DNA from: Octopus sinensis
Taxonomy: Eukaryota
DNA: 64,000 nt
Assembly: GCF_006345805.1 (NCBI RefSeq)
Contig: NC_043011.1
Span: 3,410,001 to 3,474,000 of the forward strand
Reading direction: 5' to 3'
This document shows positions 24,732 to 36,150 of the stretch, in pieces; position 1 is the first letter of the stretch; each line of letters starts with the position of its first letter. The notes under the pieces were generated by a model. That model had not been told where the DNA came from and searched no databases. It saw only the letters and a list, made by a program, of their open reading frames with translations. A program made the position numbers and the translations under genes.

Positions 24732-25779
24732 TCAGTTATAAAGTACTTTCAGTGCTTACACGCATAAAGAAAACTTTCATGTAGCTTCAACTTATAACAA
24801 GTAAGGTGACTGGTCATGCAAGATTTAAGTTACTTAACAGACAATTGATAGCAACAGTTAGAGACATAAACCTTTGCTATCAATTGCTATAAGGTGACAT
24901 CTTATCAACTTGGTAAATTAAGTTTATCTATTAGATATGGGGAGACATATTCCCCGGAAAATCCCTTGTAGTTCCATAAATTTTCATTCACACCATTAAA
25001 GCAAAAAAAAAAAAAACTCATTATTCAATGCAGCCTGCAACGACACATATTTTGAAACTGTCACATAATTATTTTCACCTTTTAAGGATCATCCAGTTAT
25101 ACAAAAATTCTTGGCATGTTAATGTAATTTCGATAGAATTTAATTACCTTTTTTTTTAAAACTTCTTCAGTTCTTCGAGAATCCTTTGGTTTATTAGTGA
25201 CAAAATTCCATAAATGATTTAATTCCTTCAACAACTTTGCAAATAGTTAGCACATTTAATTTTTTATTGTCTATTTTTTGACAAGGAATTTTTAATTAAC
25301 TTATAATTATCAGAAGAAAGTCATATGGCATCAACAGGAGACTTTATTGAGTTAAGTTATCTGTAACAGGTGCTTTAATTTCCCTCGTGGAAGGAAAGTT
25401 CTGTGACTAGTAGCAAAAAGAGAGATAAATAAATATATTGAAATCCTATTGTTGCTCATGATATCTGATGTCATTGTAAAGCTACGTTACATGTGTATCT
25501 TTACAGACATCTTTGTGCTAGATTTGATTAACTCTGAGCTGCTTTCTATGAACTAAATAAACAAAATATACAACAGCGTGGATGACAAAGAAAGTAAGCT
25601 GGTGTAATAAAATATTCATGCTGTATATAAACTTATACAAATGTGGAAGTCTACACAAACAATGACACATCTATCTATATATATATGTGTGTGTGTGTAA
25701 TACACACACACACACACACACACACACAGAGAAGGAGAGACAAATAGACAGACAGAAAGCTATATGTTTATATATTTAA

Positions 25780-26176
25780 CTAGCAGTATGGCCTGGCATT
25801 GCTCGGGTTTGTAAGGGAAATAACTATATAAGCATTTTTAGAGAATTATAGCCAAAAAGTAGCAAAAAAATACATTAAAAATGGAAAAAGAATGATGGTA
25901 TTTTTTTTTTAAATCGTTGACTCATCGTAGACATTTTTAGAGAGTTACTTCCCTAATATAATTGCGAAAAAATGCATTAAAATGGAAAAAAATGATGGTA
26001 AATTTTTTTTTAAATCGTAGACTCATCGTAGACACGCGCTAATACCCAGAATGGCTCGATATGAATCACGACTATAAGATACCCGCTTTTGGTTAAACTG
26101 CACCGCAAAATGTGGGAGTAGTTAGGAATCTAAATCGTAGGAGACAGACACACAACTTGACTTTTATATATAAAGA
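25780..26176 (-). mobile_element. Non-autonomous Helitron
   Basis: Reverse complement of 19285-19673 with the same termini. Confidence 0.88.
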
Positions 26177-26534
26177 TAACAAATTGATTCAGCTCTACAT
26201 TACACAAGTTTCAGGGGTGCAAATGTACATCTACATCTTCAGATGCATGGAATCAAGATAGGAAGAATTTAAATATGGCTTCCAGGCAGGAATATTTAAA
26301 GAGGGCCACCATTGGTCAGTTTGATTCAAATGATTTGTTTGATAAAATAACAAATAGTTTTATAAGTGCTACCACATAGTGAAGGTAAGAGTATAGTGAT
26401 GTCAGGAATTCAACAATATACGGTCAGGCACTCATGGGCATTGGACATTTTTGTTAGGGATATAGTGAGGGAGGTTAATGTCAAATATAGAGCAGTCATT
26501 ACAAGACTTACGAGAAAGATGTAAATATTAATTA

Positions 26535-26935
26535 ACTCTTTACTCTTTTACTTGTTTCAGCCATTTGACTGCTGCCATGCTGGAGCACCGCCTTTAGTCA
26601 AGCAAATCGACCCCAGGACTTATTCTTTGTAAGCCCAGTACTTATTCTATCGGTCTCTTTTGCCGAACCGCTAAGTGACGGGGACGTAAACACACCAGCA
26701 TCGGTTGTCAAGCAATGCTAGGGGGACAAACACACACACACAAACACACACACACATATATATACATATATACGACAGGCTTCTTTCAGTTTCCGTCTAT
26801 CAAATCCACTCACAAGACATTGGTCAGCCCGGGGCTATAGCAGAAGACACTTGCCCAAGATGGCACGCAGTAGGACTGAACCCGGAACCATTTGGTTGGT
26901 AAGCAAGCTACCTACCACACAGCCACTCCTGTGCC
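26535..26935 (-). mobile_element. SINE family A, young copy
   Basis: Near-identical to 7205-7621. Confidence 0.93.
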
Positions 26936-27059
26936 TAAAACATTTATTTTAGAAAAATGTATGTTTTGTTTTCTACTCTTTCTTGATTGAACTATGCCAA
27001 ACCTAGTTAAATGAAATTAAATAAGAATGACACGTGCTTGTGATTATAAAACAAAATAT

Positions 27060-27222
27060 GTGTTACCCTCATAGAGTGGTTGGTGTTAAGAAGGATATCC
27101 AACTGCAGAAACAATGTCAAAGCCGACTGGAACCTGGTACGACTCGTCAGGTTACCAGTTTTCAGTCAAACTGTCCCATCCCTGCCAGCATGGAAAATGG
27201 ACGTTAAATGATGATGATGATG
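27060..27222 (+). mobile_element. RTE-related 3'UTR fragment
   Basis: Ends GCCAGCATGGAAAATGGACGTTAAATGATGATGATG. Confidence 0.7.
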
Positions 27223-27723
27223 TTGTAATATATAGTATATATACATGCTGTTAATAATCGCAATTGTATGTGCATTGTAATGTACATATAGTCAATGTAT
27301 CAGGCTTGTTTGAGGACATGCTGAAAAAATGTAGTCCAAATATGTCATTTAGAGAATTGAAAAATGTACTTTTCAACAGAATTGTTAAAAAAATAAATGA
27401 ACAATAAAACAGCATACAAATTAACCGCATCTTCTATATATCTGCAAAAATAATCTATAGAAGCATCTGAGTCATAAAACTTAGGCATGTTACACAACGA
27501 TGATAAATGTTTTATGATAAGTACAACAGAGTCTAACAAGAAGCTCATGAACTGTCAGATAGGGGTTAGAATGTAGAATAAGTGTGAGAAGGATAACATT
27601 CAGAAAGTTTCCAGTATTCAAGGCATGGAATCACAGGGTCCGTTATTCTGCTCAACTCTTCCTGTTAACCTATATTTGAAGAATAAAAGAGGCTGCTGTT
27701 TCAATGTATGATAGTATCAATGC

Positions 27724-28112
27724 GTGGAGACGCAATGGCCCAGTAGTTAGGGCAGCGGACTCGCGGTCGTAGGATCGCGGTTTCGATTCCCAGACTGGGC
27801 GTTGTGAGTGTTTATTGAGCGAAAACACCTAAAAGCTCCATGAGGCTCTGGCAGGGATGGTGGTGATCCCTGCTATACTTTCTCTCACCACAACTTTCTC
27901 TCACTCTTACTTCCTGTTTCTGTTGTACCTGTATTTCAAAAGAGCCGGCCTTGTCACTCTCTGTGTCACGCTGAATATCCCCGAGAACTATGCTAAGGGT
28001 ACACGTGTCTGTGGCGTGCTCAGCCACTTACACGTTAATTTCACGAGCAGGCTGTTCTGTTGATTGGATCAACCGGAACCCTCATCGTCGTAACCGACGG
28101 AGTGCTTCCATC
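27724..28112 (+). mobile_element. SINE family C (tRNA-derived head), full-length with 12-bp TSD
   Basis: A-box TGGCCCAGTAGTT, B-box GGTTTCGATTCCC; TSD TAGTATCAATGC at 27712-27723 and 28113-28124. Confidence 0.92.
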
Positions 28113-28784
28113 TAGTATCAATGCTCAAATTGATTAATTGGAAAAGTGTTTGTTGTGGTAGTCAGTTTTTAGAACCATACATGCACATGTGCGTGCACAC
28201 ACACACACACACACTATGCACATATATTGATACATACTTATGGAAAAAAATAATCATAAAGGACAAAAATGTATGAGATGTAAGAAATAAAGTAAAAACG
28301 ATCACAGATGGAGTTTCCTTTCATCAGCTGTCAGTTGGCAGTAAAGCTGTCTTCAGTACCTTATGACATGATTACTAAGAGCTTGATGAGACCAAGGAAG
28401 GTTGAAATCATGTGATTTGATGGTCTTGGTGTGATACAAATAAGCATGCGTTTTGTGCCAAAAGCCTACGTGAGAGTTTCTCTCATGGTGTCTACTGTAG
28501 CAAAGTTTGATCTAACAGAACATGCATGTTTAGGTGGGAATAAATATTACCTCTCGATACTGATACTACCTTTATTGCTAATTGGATTATTTCTGTTTGC
28601 TTTTCAGCTCATTCAATCTTGTTTAAATTGATTTTAAATTTGGCATATTGACGTAGTTTTGTATGCTAATTATTGAAAGGAAATCCATTTTCACCATAAA
28701 TTAATAAACAAACAGGGAATAGCTTTAAAAGTTCGCAAATTTTGTGTAATTTTAACCAATTGAAAGCTAGACATATAGGTGCCC

Positions 28785-28798
28785 GTTTCCATAGTAAC
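28785..28798. promoter_or_regulatory. Candidate RFX X-box
   Basis: GTTTCCATAGTAAC fits the X-box consensus, with CCAAT about 30 bp upstream. Motif match only. Confidence 0.3.
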
Positions 28799-30329
28799 AA
28801 GCGAAGCTGTTCTGTAGAGTGCTAACTCATGTGTAGCTCTCCTGTCTAAACCACGTGTGATTTTACATTGTATTTTTCTGCTTGTACCCATCTCTTGCTG
28901 CCTGTGAAACGAATGGATATTTTCCTAAATAGAAGTATGACTGATACTAACTCATGTAACCTTTCATATGTGATGGAGTCCTTGAAAACTGAGGTGTGCA
29001 CAAAATTTGGTTTTTTTAATTTTCACTTTCTGTGTTGTATTCATGATCTGGACTACATTTTGTTTTTTCATAATTTATCGCTTTTACTACAGAATATGTT
29101 GTTTACTGTTTTTCTTTGTCATTTTTCAAATTGAATTTCTATTAAAGGCTTAAACATATTTTCTAAACGTAATGTTGACATGAATATTTTGTCATTGTAT
29201 TGTTGTCATCATGCACAAAATGACAGCTTCCAAATTTTGTTTTTGATTGGGTAAAAAAGATCAAAATTTAAACTTCTGTAATTTGAAACAAAAATTTTCT
29301 GGAGCAAGTAAATAATGACCTGAGATTCAGCATGAAAAATTACATTAATACACCAAATTTGAAAATTTTCACTTAATTTTAGAATTAAAAAAGTGAAGGC
29401 AAACAAAAGATTACTGGCTAATTGTGACACCAGTGCCTGTTCTGACACTGATTTTCTATATATTCCAGCTGGGGGGGGGGGGGGTTGCTGTTATCTCTAG
29501 CAGTCAAGTATCCACCATTGATAAAACCAAGGAAGGTCAAAATCATGTGATCTGGTGATCTCAGTTTTGGAGTTGGTAAGATGTTATCTCCCCACTATTA
29601 ATATAAACAAGTGTACACTTTACCAGATTCTGTATGAGAGCTTCTCTCAGTAATTTATGCAGTAAAGTTTGTTCTAACAGAACCTCCACGTTTTAGTGGG
29701 AATAAATATTACCCCTCAATGCTTTAAAGATGAGACAACAACAAAAGATACAAAGGTATATTTAGATCTTTTGACTGAGACCCAAAAAAAAGATATGGAA
29801 CAGTGCGGTGACTGAAAAATCTATGAAACATAATAAACATACACAGAATCCTGAGTGAGCTTTTTCAACTGAAATATAATCATATAGAACTAATGCTTGG
29901 AAAAAGTAAATGTTTAGTTTTAATTTGTTTGAGCAATAATACTTCCTCTTTACCGTAGTAATCTCTGGGAACTTTTTTCTTGTAGCTCCTGGCATCTCTG
30001 TTCAAAAATAATTTTGTCATAATGAGTTGAAATTGTTATTAGTTTGAAGTAGTAGTTGATGAAGGGATCCCTCTGACTACACTCGTTTTGCAATTTTACT
30101 TTGCCATGTCCTCTATGTTTTCATTGCCCTTTTAGCTTCTATTCTTTCAGTTTGGGTTTCATTTCTTTCATTTCACTTGACAAAAACCTATTGGACACTA
30201 AAGAGAAAAATGAATACATTATGCCATTTTTCATGAGAAGGTAGTTGCATGAGGACATTTTCAGAAAGCTCCCTATGGTGTAGATATCTTCTATATCAAT
30301 ATGGTACAATCAACATTTTCTCTCTCAAT

Positions 30330-31700
30330 AAGGAAGTTTGAAATACATTTATAACTTTTGTTGACCAGATATTTAGCAGCTATCTTCTGTACGTGCATAA
30401 CAAAAGCCTAGCTTTCTTAGTGAGATGTAAGGTATCTATTTCAGATCACAGAAAGGTTACTATCCTTGTCAACATTGATGCTGTTCTCTAGCTTGTAGGA
30501 TATTTCTAAGAGCACTCCGTCAGTTATGACGATGAGGGTTCCAGTTGATCCGAATCAACGGAACAGCCTGCTCATGAAATTAATGTGTAAGTGGCTGAGC
30601 ACTCCACAGACACGTGCACCCTTAATGTAGTTCTCGGGGATATTCAGCGTAATACAGAGAGTGACAAGGCCAGCCCCTTGAAATACAGGTACAACAGAAA
30701 CAGGAAGTAAGAGTGAGAGAAAGTTGTGGTGAAAGAGTACAGCAGGGATCACAACCATCCCCTGCCGGAGCCTCCTGGAGCTTTTAGGTGTTTTTGCTCA
30801 ATAAACACTCACAACGCCCAGTCTGGGAATCGAAACCGTGATCTTAAGACGGCGAGTCCACTGCCCTAACCACTGGGCCATTGCGCCTCCACTTGTAGGA
30901 TATATACCCATGCATAACCTATCACTTCCTTCACATTTGATTCAAGCTTCAGTGTTCAGATGTTATGCCTACCACTGTTGGTATGAGAGGCAGTAAAGTA
31001 CCAGACTAAATACATTGAGTGTTTTATCTCATTCAACTAAATTCTAATTCATATATTCCTTTTATAGACTTCATTTTGTCCCTTGCCTGTGGTTAATAAA
31101 ATAAAACTATATTCATTGATGTGTTTAGTTTCATGCTTATAAACTCTGGCTTTAGGCAGTGAAATATGTCTTCTTACATACACTTCATTCCTTATCTCTT
31201 TCATAAAACAATAAAATAGCAAGGGTTTATTTTATTTCTTGTTGACCTTTCCACTTCACATCGAATTTTGTGCCTGAGGAAGACGTTATTTTATACTTAG
31301 AATGTTAAATGCTTCATTTCTTCAGAGAGTTCAGAACTGAATAAGATTAGTCTGTCATACCACTTATTTCTACACCAGAACGAACAAAAAGCTGGCTCCT
31401 CCAAGAATACATGTACTGTTATTTGTCTGTAGAGATCCAAATGGAATTTAGTGTGATTTTAAACAATTTATTTATTTGTGTCTCACCACCAACACTGAAA
31501 ACATTCCCCATCCTTGGGAAGCTTGGTGCATTATAAGAGCATAAGAGCCTGTCAGTGTGCATCTATGGTGGGAAAAAGAATGAATCAGTAACTTATTGAT
31601 AAGCAACTTATCTAAAATTTCTGTTCTGCTCCTAATGTTTAATCAACTTTTCCCTCTGGACTTTCGAAATATTATCAGCAAGTAGTTTCAGATTTAAAAG
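30330..31700 (-). mobile_element. Highly decayed RLE-type LINE relic interrupted by SINE C
   Basis: GGTTATGCATGG(G/A)TAT and flanking sequence resemble 6950-7090. Confidence 0.4.
30504..30891 (-). mobile_element. SINE family C, full-length with 12-bp TSD
   Basis: Reverse complement of 27724-28112; TSD CTTGTAGGATAT at 30492-30503 and 30892-30903. Confidence 0.92.
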
Positions 31701-32053
31701 CTATTAGAATTTCACTCATCTGGGATAGATTTTTCATAACTCATCCAGAAGCATAAGTAGCTGTCTCCAAAGTGTAAAGAATTAACAGTATTTTTTCTCT
31801 TTAGACCAGTATTGAATACCATGCATATTTTTAATAATTTCAGATTAGTTTAAGTTTATTGGAACTGTGAAACTTTTAAAGACCCGATGTTTTTAGTAAT
31901 AAGAAGTGCTCACAAACACTTGTAATATAGAAGTACTAAATACCAAAATCTTGTAGTAAACATTTGTGATGCTCTATAGGTCCAATTACTACAATCTTAC
32001 TGTAAGAAAAATGCCAACAGTTTGACATTATTGTATGCATGCAATATTTTTTT

Positions 32054-32364
32054 CTACTCTAGGCACAAGGCCCGACATTTTTGGGGAGAGGGCCAGTCGA
32101 TTAGATCGACCCCAGTATGCAACTGGTACTTAATTTATCAACCCCAAAAGGATGAAAGGAAAAGTCGACCTCGGCGGAATTTAAACCCAGTCTGCCGTTA
32201 CTTTCTGGGTTCAAATTCCGCCGAGGTCGACTTTGCCTTTCATCCTTTCGGGGTCGATTAAATAAGTACCAGTTATGCACTGGGGTCGATGTAATCGACT
32301 CAATCCGTTTGTCTGTCCTTGTTTGTCCCCTCTATGTTTAGCCCCTTGTGGGTAGTAAAGAAAT
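32054..32364. mobile_element. Two 5'-clipped SINE B copies fused head-to-head
   Basis: Minus copy 32054-32190 and plus copy 32191-32364; arms 32096-32190 and 32205-32299 are complementary around a 14-nt loop. Confidence 0.88.
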
Positions 32365-33094
32365 ATATATACTCTGTTTACTTTACAATAATCCAGGTGT
32401 AGAAAGTATTTGAATGGAAAGGTAACTCCAGCAACAACTTCATTTTTTCCTTGATTTCATAGACCCAGCTGTGCTGATATCTTCGGCTGATTTCATTTTA
32501 GGGATTCATTCCACCAGTTTTACTCATACTGCAAAATATTTTGGTCTACTGTCATTATATTTTGAGTCCAATACTCTTGTAAATGGTAACATTATCTTTC
32601 CTCAATCATCTCTTCACTGGTTATAATTCCATTCACATCTAGGGTGTATTATGTTAATGAAATATCTGATTGTAATTTTTATCACTTTTTACTGCATGAA
32701 TATATATTTATTCATTTATTTATGTATTTATTTATTTATGTATTTATTTATTTATATATTTATATATCAGATATTTCACTCTTAATTAATTATTGTAAAC
32801 TTTTAATAAGGAAATATAATTAATAAATACATTAATTAGGAAACTTAAAGCATGTAATTGTAAAGCTACATACATATCAACGATGACATCTTTGTGTTAG
32901 TTTGATTAACTTTTTGCTCACTATTCTGTGAATTAGATAAACAGATTATCCATATAATCGGAAATGTGACAGATATAGTTAGGCATAATATACAACTCAC
33001 ATATACTTCCTGAATGCTTAAAAATCAGAACATACACATCACCATCATCATCATTCTGTGTCTGTTTTCTATGCTAGGTCGAGCATATATATAT

Positions 33095-33405
33095 GTCACC
33101 GTCACTGTGACCGACCAGGCTATATCAGATGTTGCTACACATCGCTGGTCACAATGCGCTTCACATTGTTTTGGCCTTCAAATGACACCACCCCGCTGGC
33201 TAAGCGAGCAGGCCAACAGAAGAAAGAATGAGAGAAAGTTGTGGTGAAAGAGTACAGCAGGGATCGCCCCCCCCCTCCCTGCTGGAGCCTCATGGAGCTT
33301 TAGGTGTTTTTGCACAATAAACACTCACAACGGCCGGTCTGGGAATCAAAACCACGATCCTACAACCGCGAGTCCACTGCCCTAACCACTGGGCCATTGT
33401 GCCTC

Positions 33406-33408
<3 letters not shown>
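33095..33408 (-). mobile_element. SINE with family C head but a different 3' module
   Basis: 33230-33408 matches family C; 33095-33229 shows no similarity to the tails of the 27724 and 30504 copies. Confidence 0.82.
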
Positions 33409-33446
<38 letters not shown>

Positions 33447-33479
33447 CTTGGTTTTCTGTCACTTATGACAACAGGTGTT

Positions 33480-33690
33480 CTACTTTATCGGTTCAATGGA
33501 AAAGCTTGCTTGTGAAATTAACATGCATGTAGCAGAGGACTTCACAGACATGCATTCTTCTAATGTTGTTCTAAGGGAGATTCTGTGTGACATACTGAAT
33601 GTGACAAGGCAGCTACAACTCATCTTCGCCACCAGAGTAGACTGGAGGGATGTGAAAGAAAGTGTTGAATTCATAACCTTACGCTTATGA
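33480..33690 (-). mobile_element. Old SINE C 3' fragment
   Basis: GCTTGTGAAATTAACATGCA..TGTGACAAGG aligns to 30570-30670. Confidence 0.6.
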
Positions 33691-33769
33691 GCTGAACACC
33701 TTGGCTTCTAAGCCACATGCCTTCATATATATATATATATGTGCATGTGTGTGTATATATATATATATG

Positions 33770-34055
33770 TATATTAGAAGAAATGAGGTACTCAGAAAAT
33801 CGGATGGTTTATATTTACAGATATTTATTTGTATATTACATTTTTTATATATATATATCATATAACTTAGATCATGTATTAGCACTTTCTCCCATTCTAG
33901 TGGGGTTTTCAAATTTGAAAACCCCACTAGAATGGGAGAAAGTGCTAATACATGATCTAAGTTATATGATATATATATAAAAAATGTAATATACAAATAA
34001 ATATCTGTAAATATAAACCATCCGATTTTCTGAGTACCTCACTTCTTCTAATATA
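33770..34055. repeat. Near-perfect loopless palindrome, arms about 143 bp
   Basis: Centre TTCAAA|TTTGAA at 33913/33914; I see one substitution and one (AT) unit difference between the arms. Confidence 0.95.
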
Positions 34056-34799
34056 AAATACCTGTACATCATCTCCAAACCTTCCAATATATATATGTAT
34101 ATATATATATATGAACAAATGAGAAAAAGCGAAAAATAGATTCATGAGATTCTTTATTAATTACAACAATCATTTTGTTTTATTATTATCCAGTCCCCAT
34201 AAACTGTATTAATATTCCTCGTGCTTTCCATTGCATCATTGCTTTTATTGAACTCCTCAATATACTCCTTTGTTATTTGCATCATATTTTGGAAAAAAAA
34301 CTTGAAATTGAACTGAACTCTTCAAAATTTGCACTAAGAATAAGTACAAGATAAAATTACTACCTGCTATAATAGCAACATGATGCAGGTACTTTATCCT
34401 GTACCCTTCCAACTTTTAGTTCATGCAATTGAAAAAACTGCATTATTTATGGGATGACCCAATATGCATATAAATCTGATATTTATGCATAACACGGCCT
34501 GCATTAAAAACTTAAGTTAAATTTAAAGCAGTTAGTGTGCAGTTTTGAAGGCATTTTCTATGAAACCCCACCCAGATGTAACTGCACTGTGTTATCTTTA
34601 CGAATGTAACAATAAAGACTATAGCTTTGTTTCAGTTTGTTGACCACTCATTAGATTACTGGTATCTTGTCAACTTTCTACCCACAGTGAGAACTTTATG
34701 GTAATTGCATGCAATTTCAATCAAATGGAAACCAGAACTTAATTATAATGGCCAGACTAATTTTTATATGCAAATCGGTTTATCTATTACAAACAGCCA

Positions 34800-35480
34800 G
34801 TAATTTTGAAGAATACTAGTAGTCATTGGATGATGCATGGAGTTCGTTCTTATAGGTGAGATCATATCATGTGATCAAAGATTTCTATAAGATAACTAGG
34901 CACAGAAGGGCTGCTGAATTTTTATTTTTTCTTTGTTGGTGGGTCTGAAGGAAGGCGCAGTGCCCATGATCTATGCTAGACATCCAAGACCAGAGAAATT
35001 GATGCCTTTACTGTTGATCTTGAACCTTTGAAAGTTAAAACTTTTAGAAAAAAAGATGTGAGCAGTTAAGGAATTCTACAGTGTTGACATTCTAGTAAGG
35101 AAAGACCAAGCACTATGATTAGCTATATTAAGGGTATGCTTTAACTAGGAGTGATCCTTAGTGACAGTTAGTCAACAACTGGAGTGATTTTGATGTCCTT
35201 AGCCATAGTTAAGAGGAGTATAGAGTGATGATGGCTTTATTTTTTCTTTTCTGATATGAAAAATTGAGAAATAATTGTTTTATTGATATTAAAAAGCACA
35301 AGATATCCAAATTGATGAATGCTTTTGTGGTCTATATTCATGGAATGGGTACATATTTAGCATATGGTGCCTAGGCCACAAATGGATAATACATGGCTGG
35401 AGAATGTTGAGGACAAATAAATGTTCTGCCATCTGTGTTAGACTTGGTGTTGTTAGATGTATTGGCATGTAAGTCATTGA
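34800..35480 (-). mobile_element. Possible ancient CR1-like LINE relic
   Basis: Weak INDL..TSN..S(YADD-like) trace near 35410-35480; otherwise decayed. Confidence 0.3.
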
Positions 35481-35614
35481 TGTATAGAAGGAAAGACAGT
35501 GAGAGACAAAACCGAACTCTGGGCCTTACTAACTTGGTAGAATAGGAGACAACTCAAATGTAATAGAAAGAATAGTCTTTCTTGCCCTCACAAAAAGTGT
35601 CAAAACTTGCTTCT

Positions 35615-35787
35615 CAACCAAACGGTTCTGGGTCCAGTCCCACTGTGCAGTGCCCTGGGCAAGTATCTTCTACCATAGCCTCAGGCCAACGAAAACCTTG
35701 AGTGGATTTGGTAGATGGTAAGTGAAAGAAGTCCATCATGTGTGTATATACATACATACATATATACATGCATACATACATGCACAC

Positions 35788-35818
<31 letters not shown>

Positions 35819-35854
35819 CCCGTGCTAGTGAGGAAAACGGACGTTAAACGATGA

Positions 35855-35937
<83 letters not shown>

Positions 35938-36150
35938 GTGCACGCACGTGTGTGTGTGTGTGTTTGTCCCTCACCACCACTCGACAACTAGTGCTGGTGT
36001 GTTTCTGTTCCTGTAACTTAACAATTTGGCAAAGGAGACCAACAGAATAAGTACCAGGCTTTCTGAAATAAGTACTGGGGTTGATTCGGGTGACTAAAAA
36101 ATTCTCCTAGGCTGCAATCTAATGACTGAAACAAGTAAAAAAAAAATAAG
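35615..36150 (+). mobile_element. SINE family A, diverged, with an RTE 3'-end scrap in its microsatellite
   Basis: Head 35615-35740; GGAAAACGGACGTTAAACGATGATGAT at about 35833-35859; tail 35960-36150. Confidence 0.75.

Noticed and set aside
27724-27800. tRNA gene
   Set aside because: No proper acceptor stem; continues into a SINE body flanked by TSDs.
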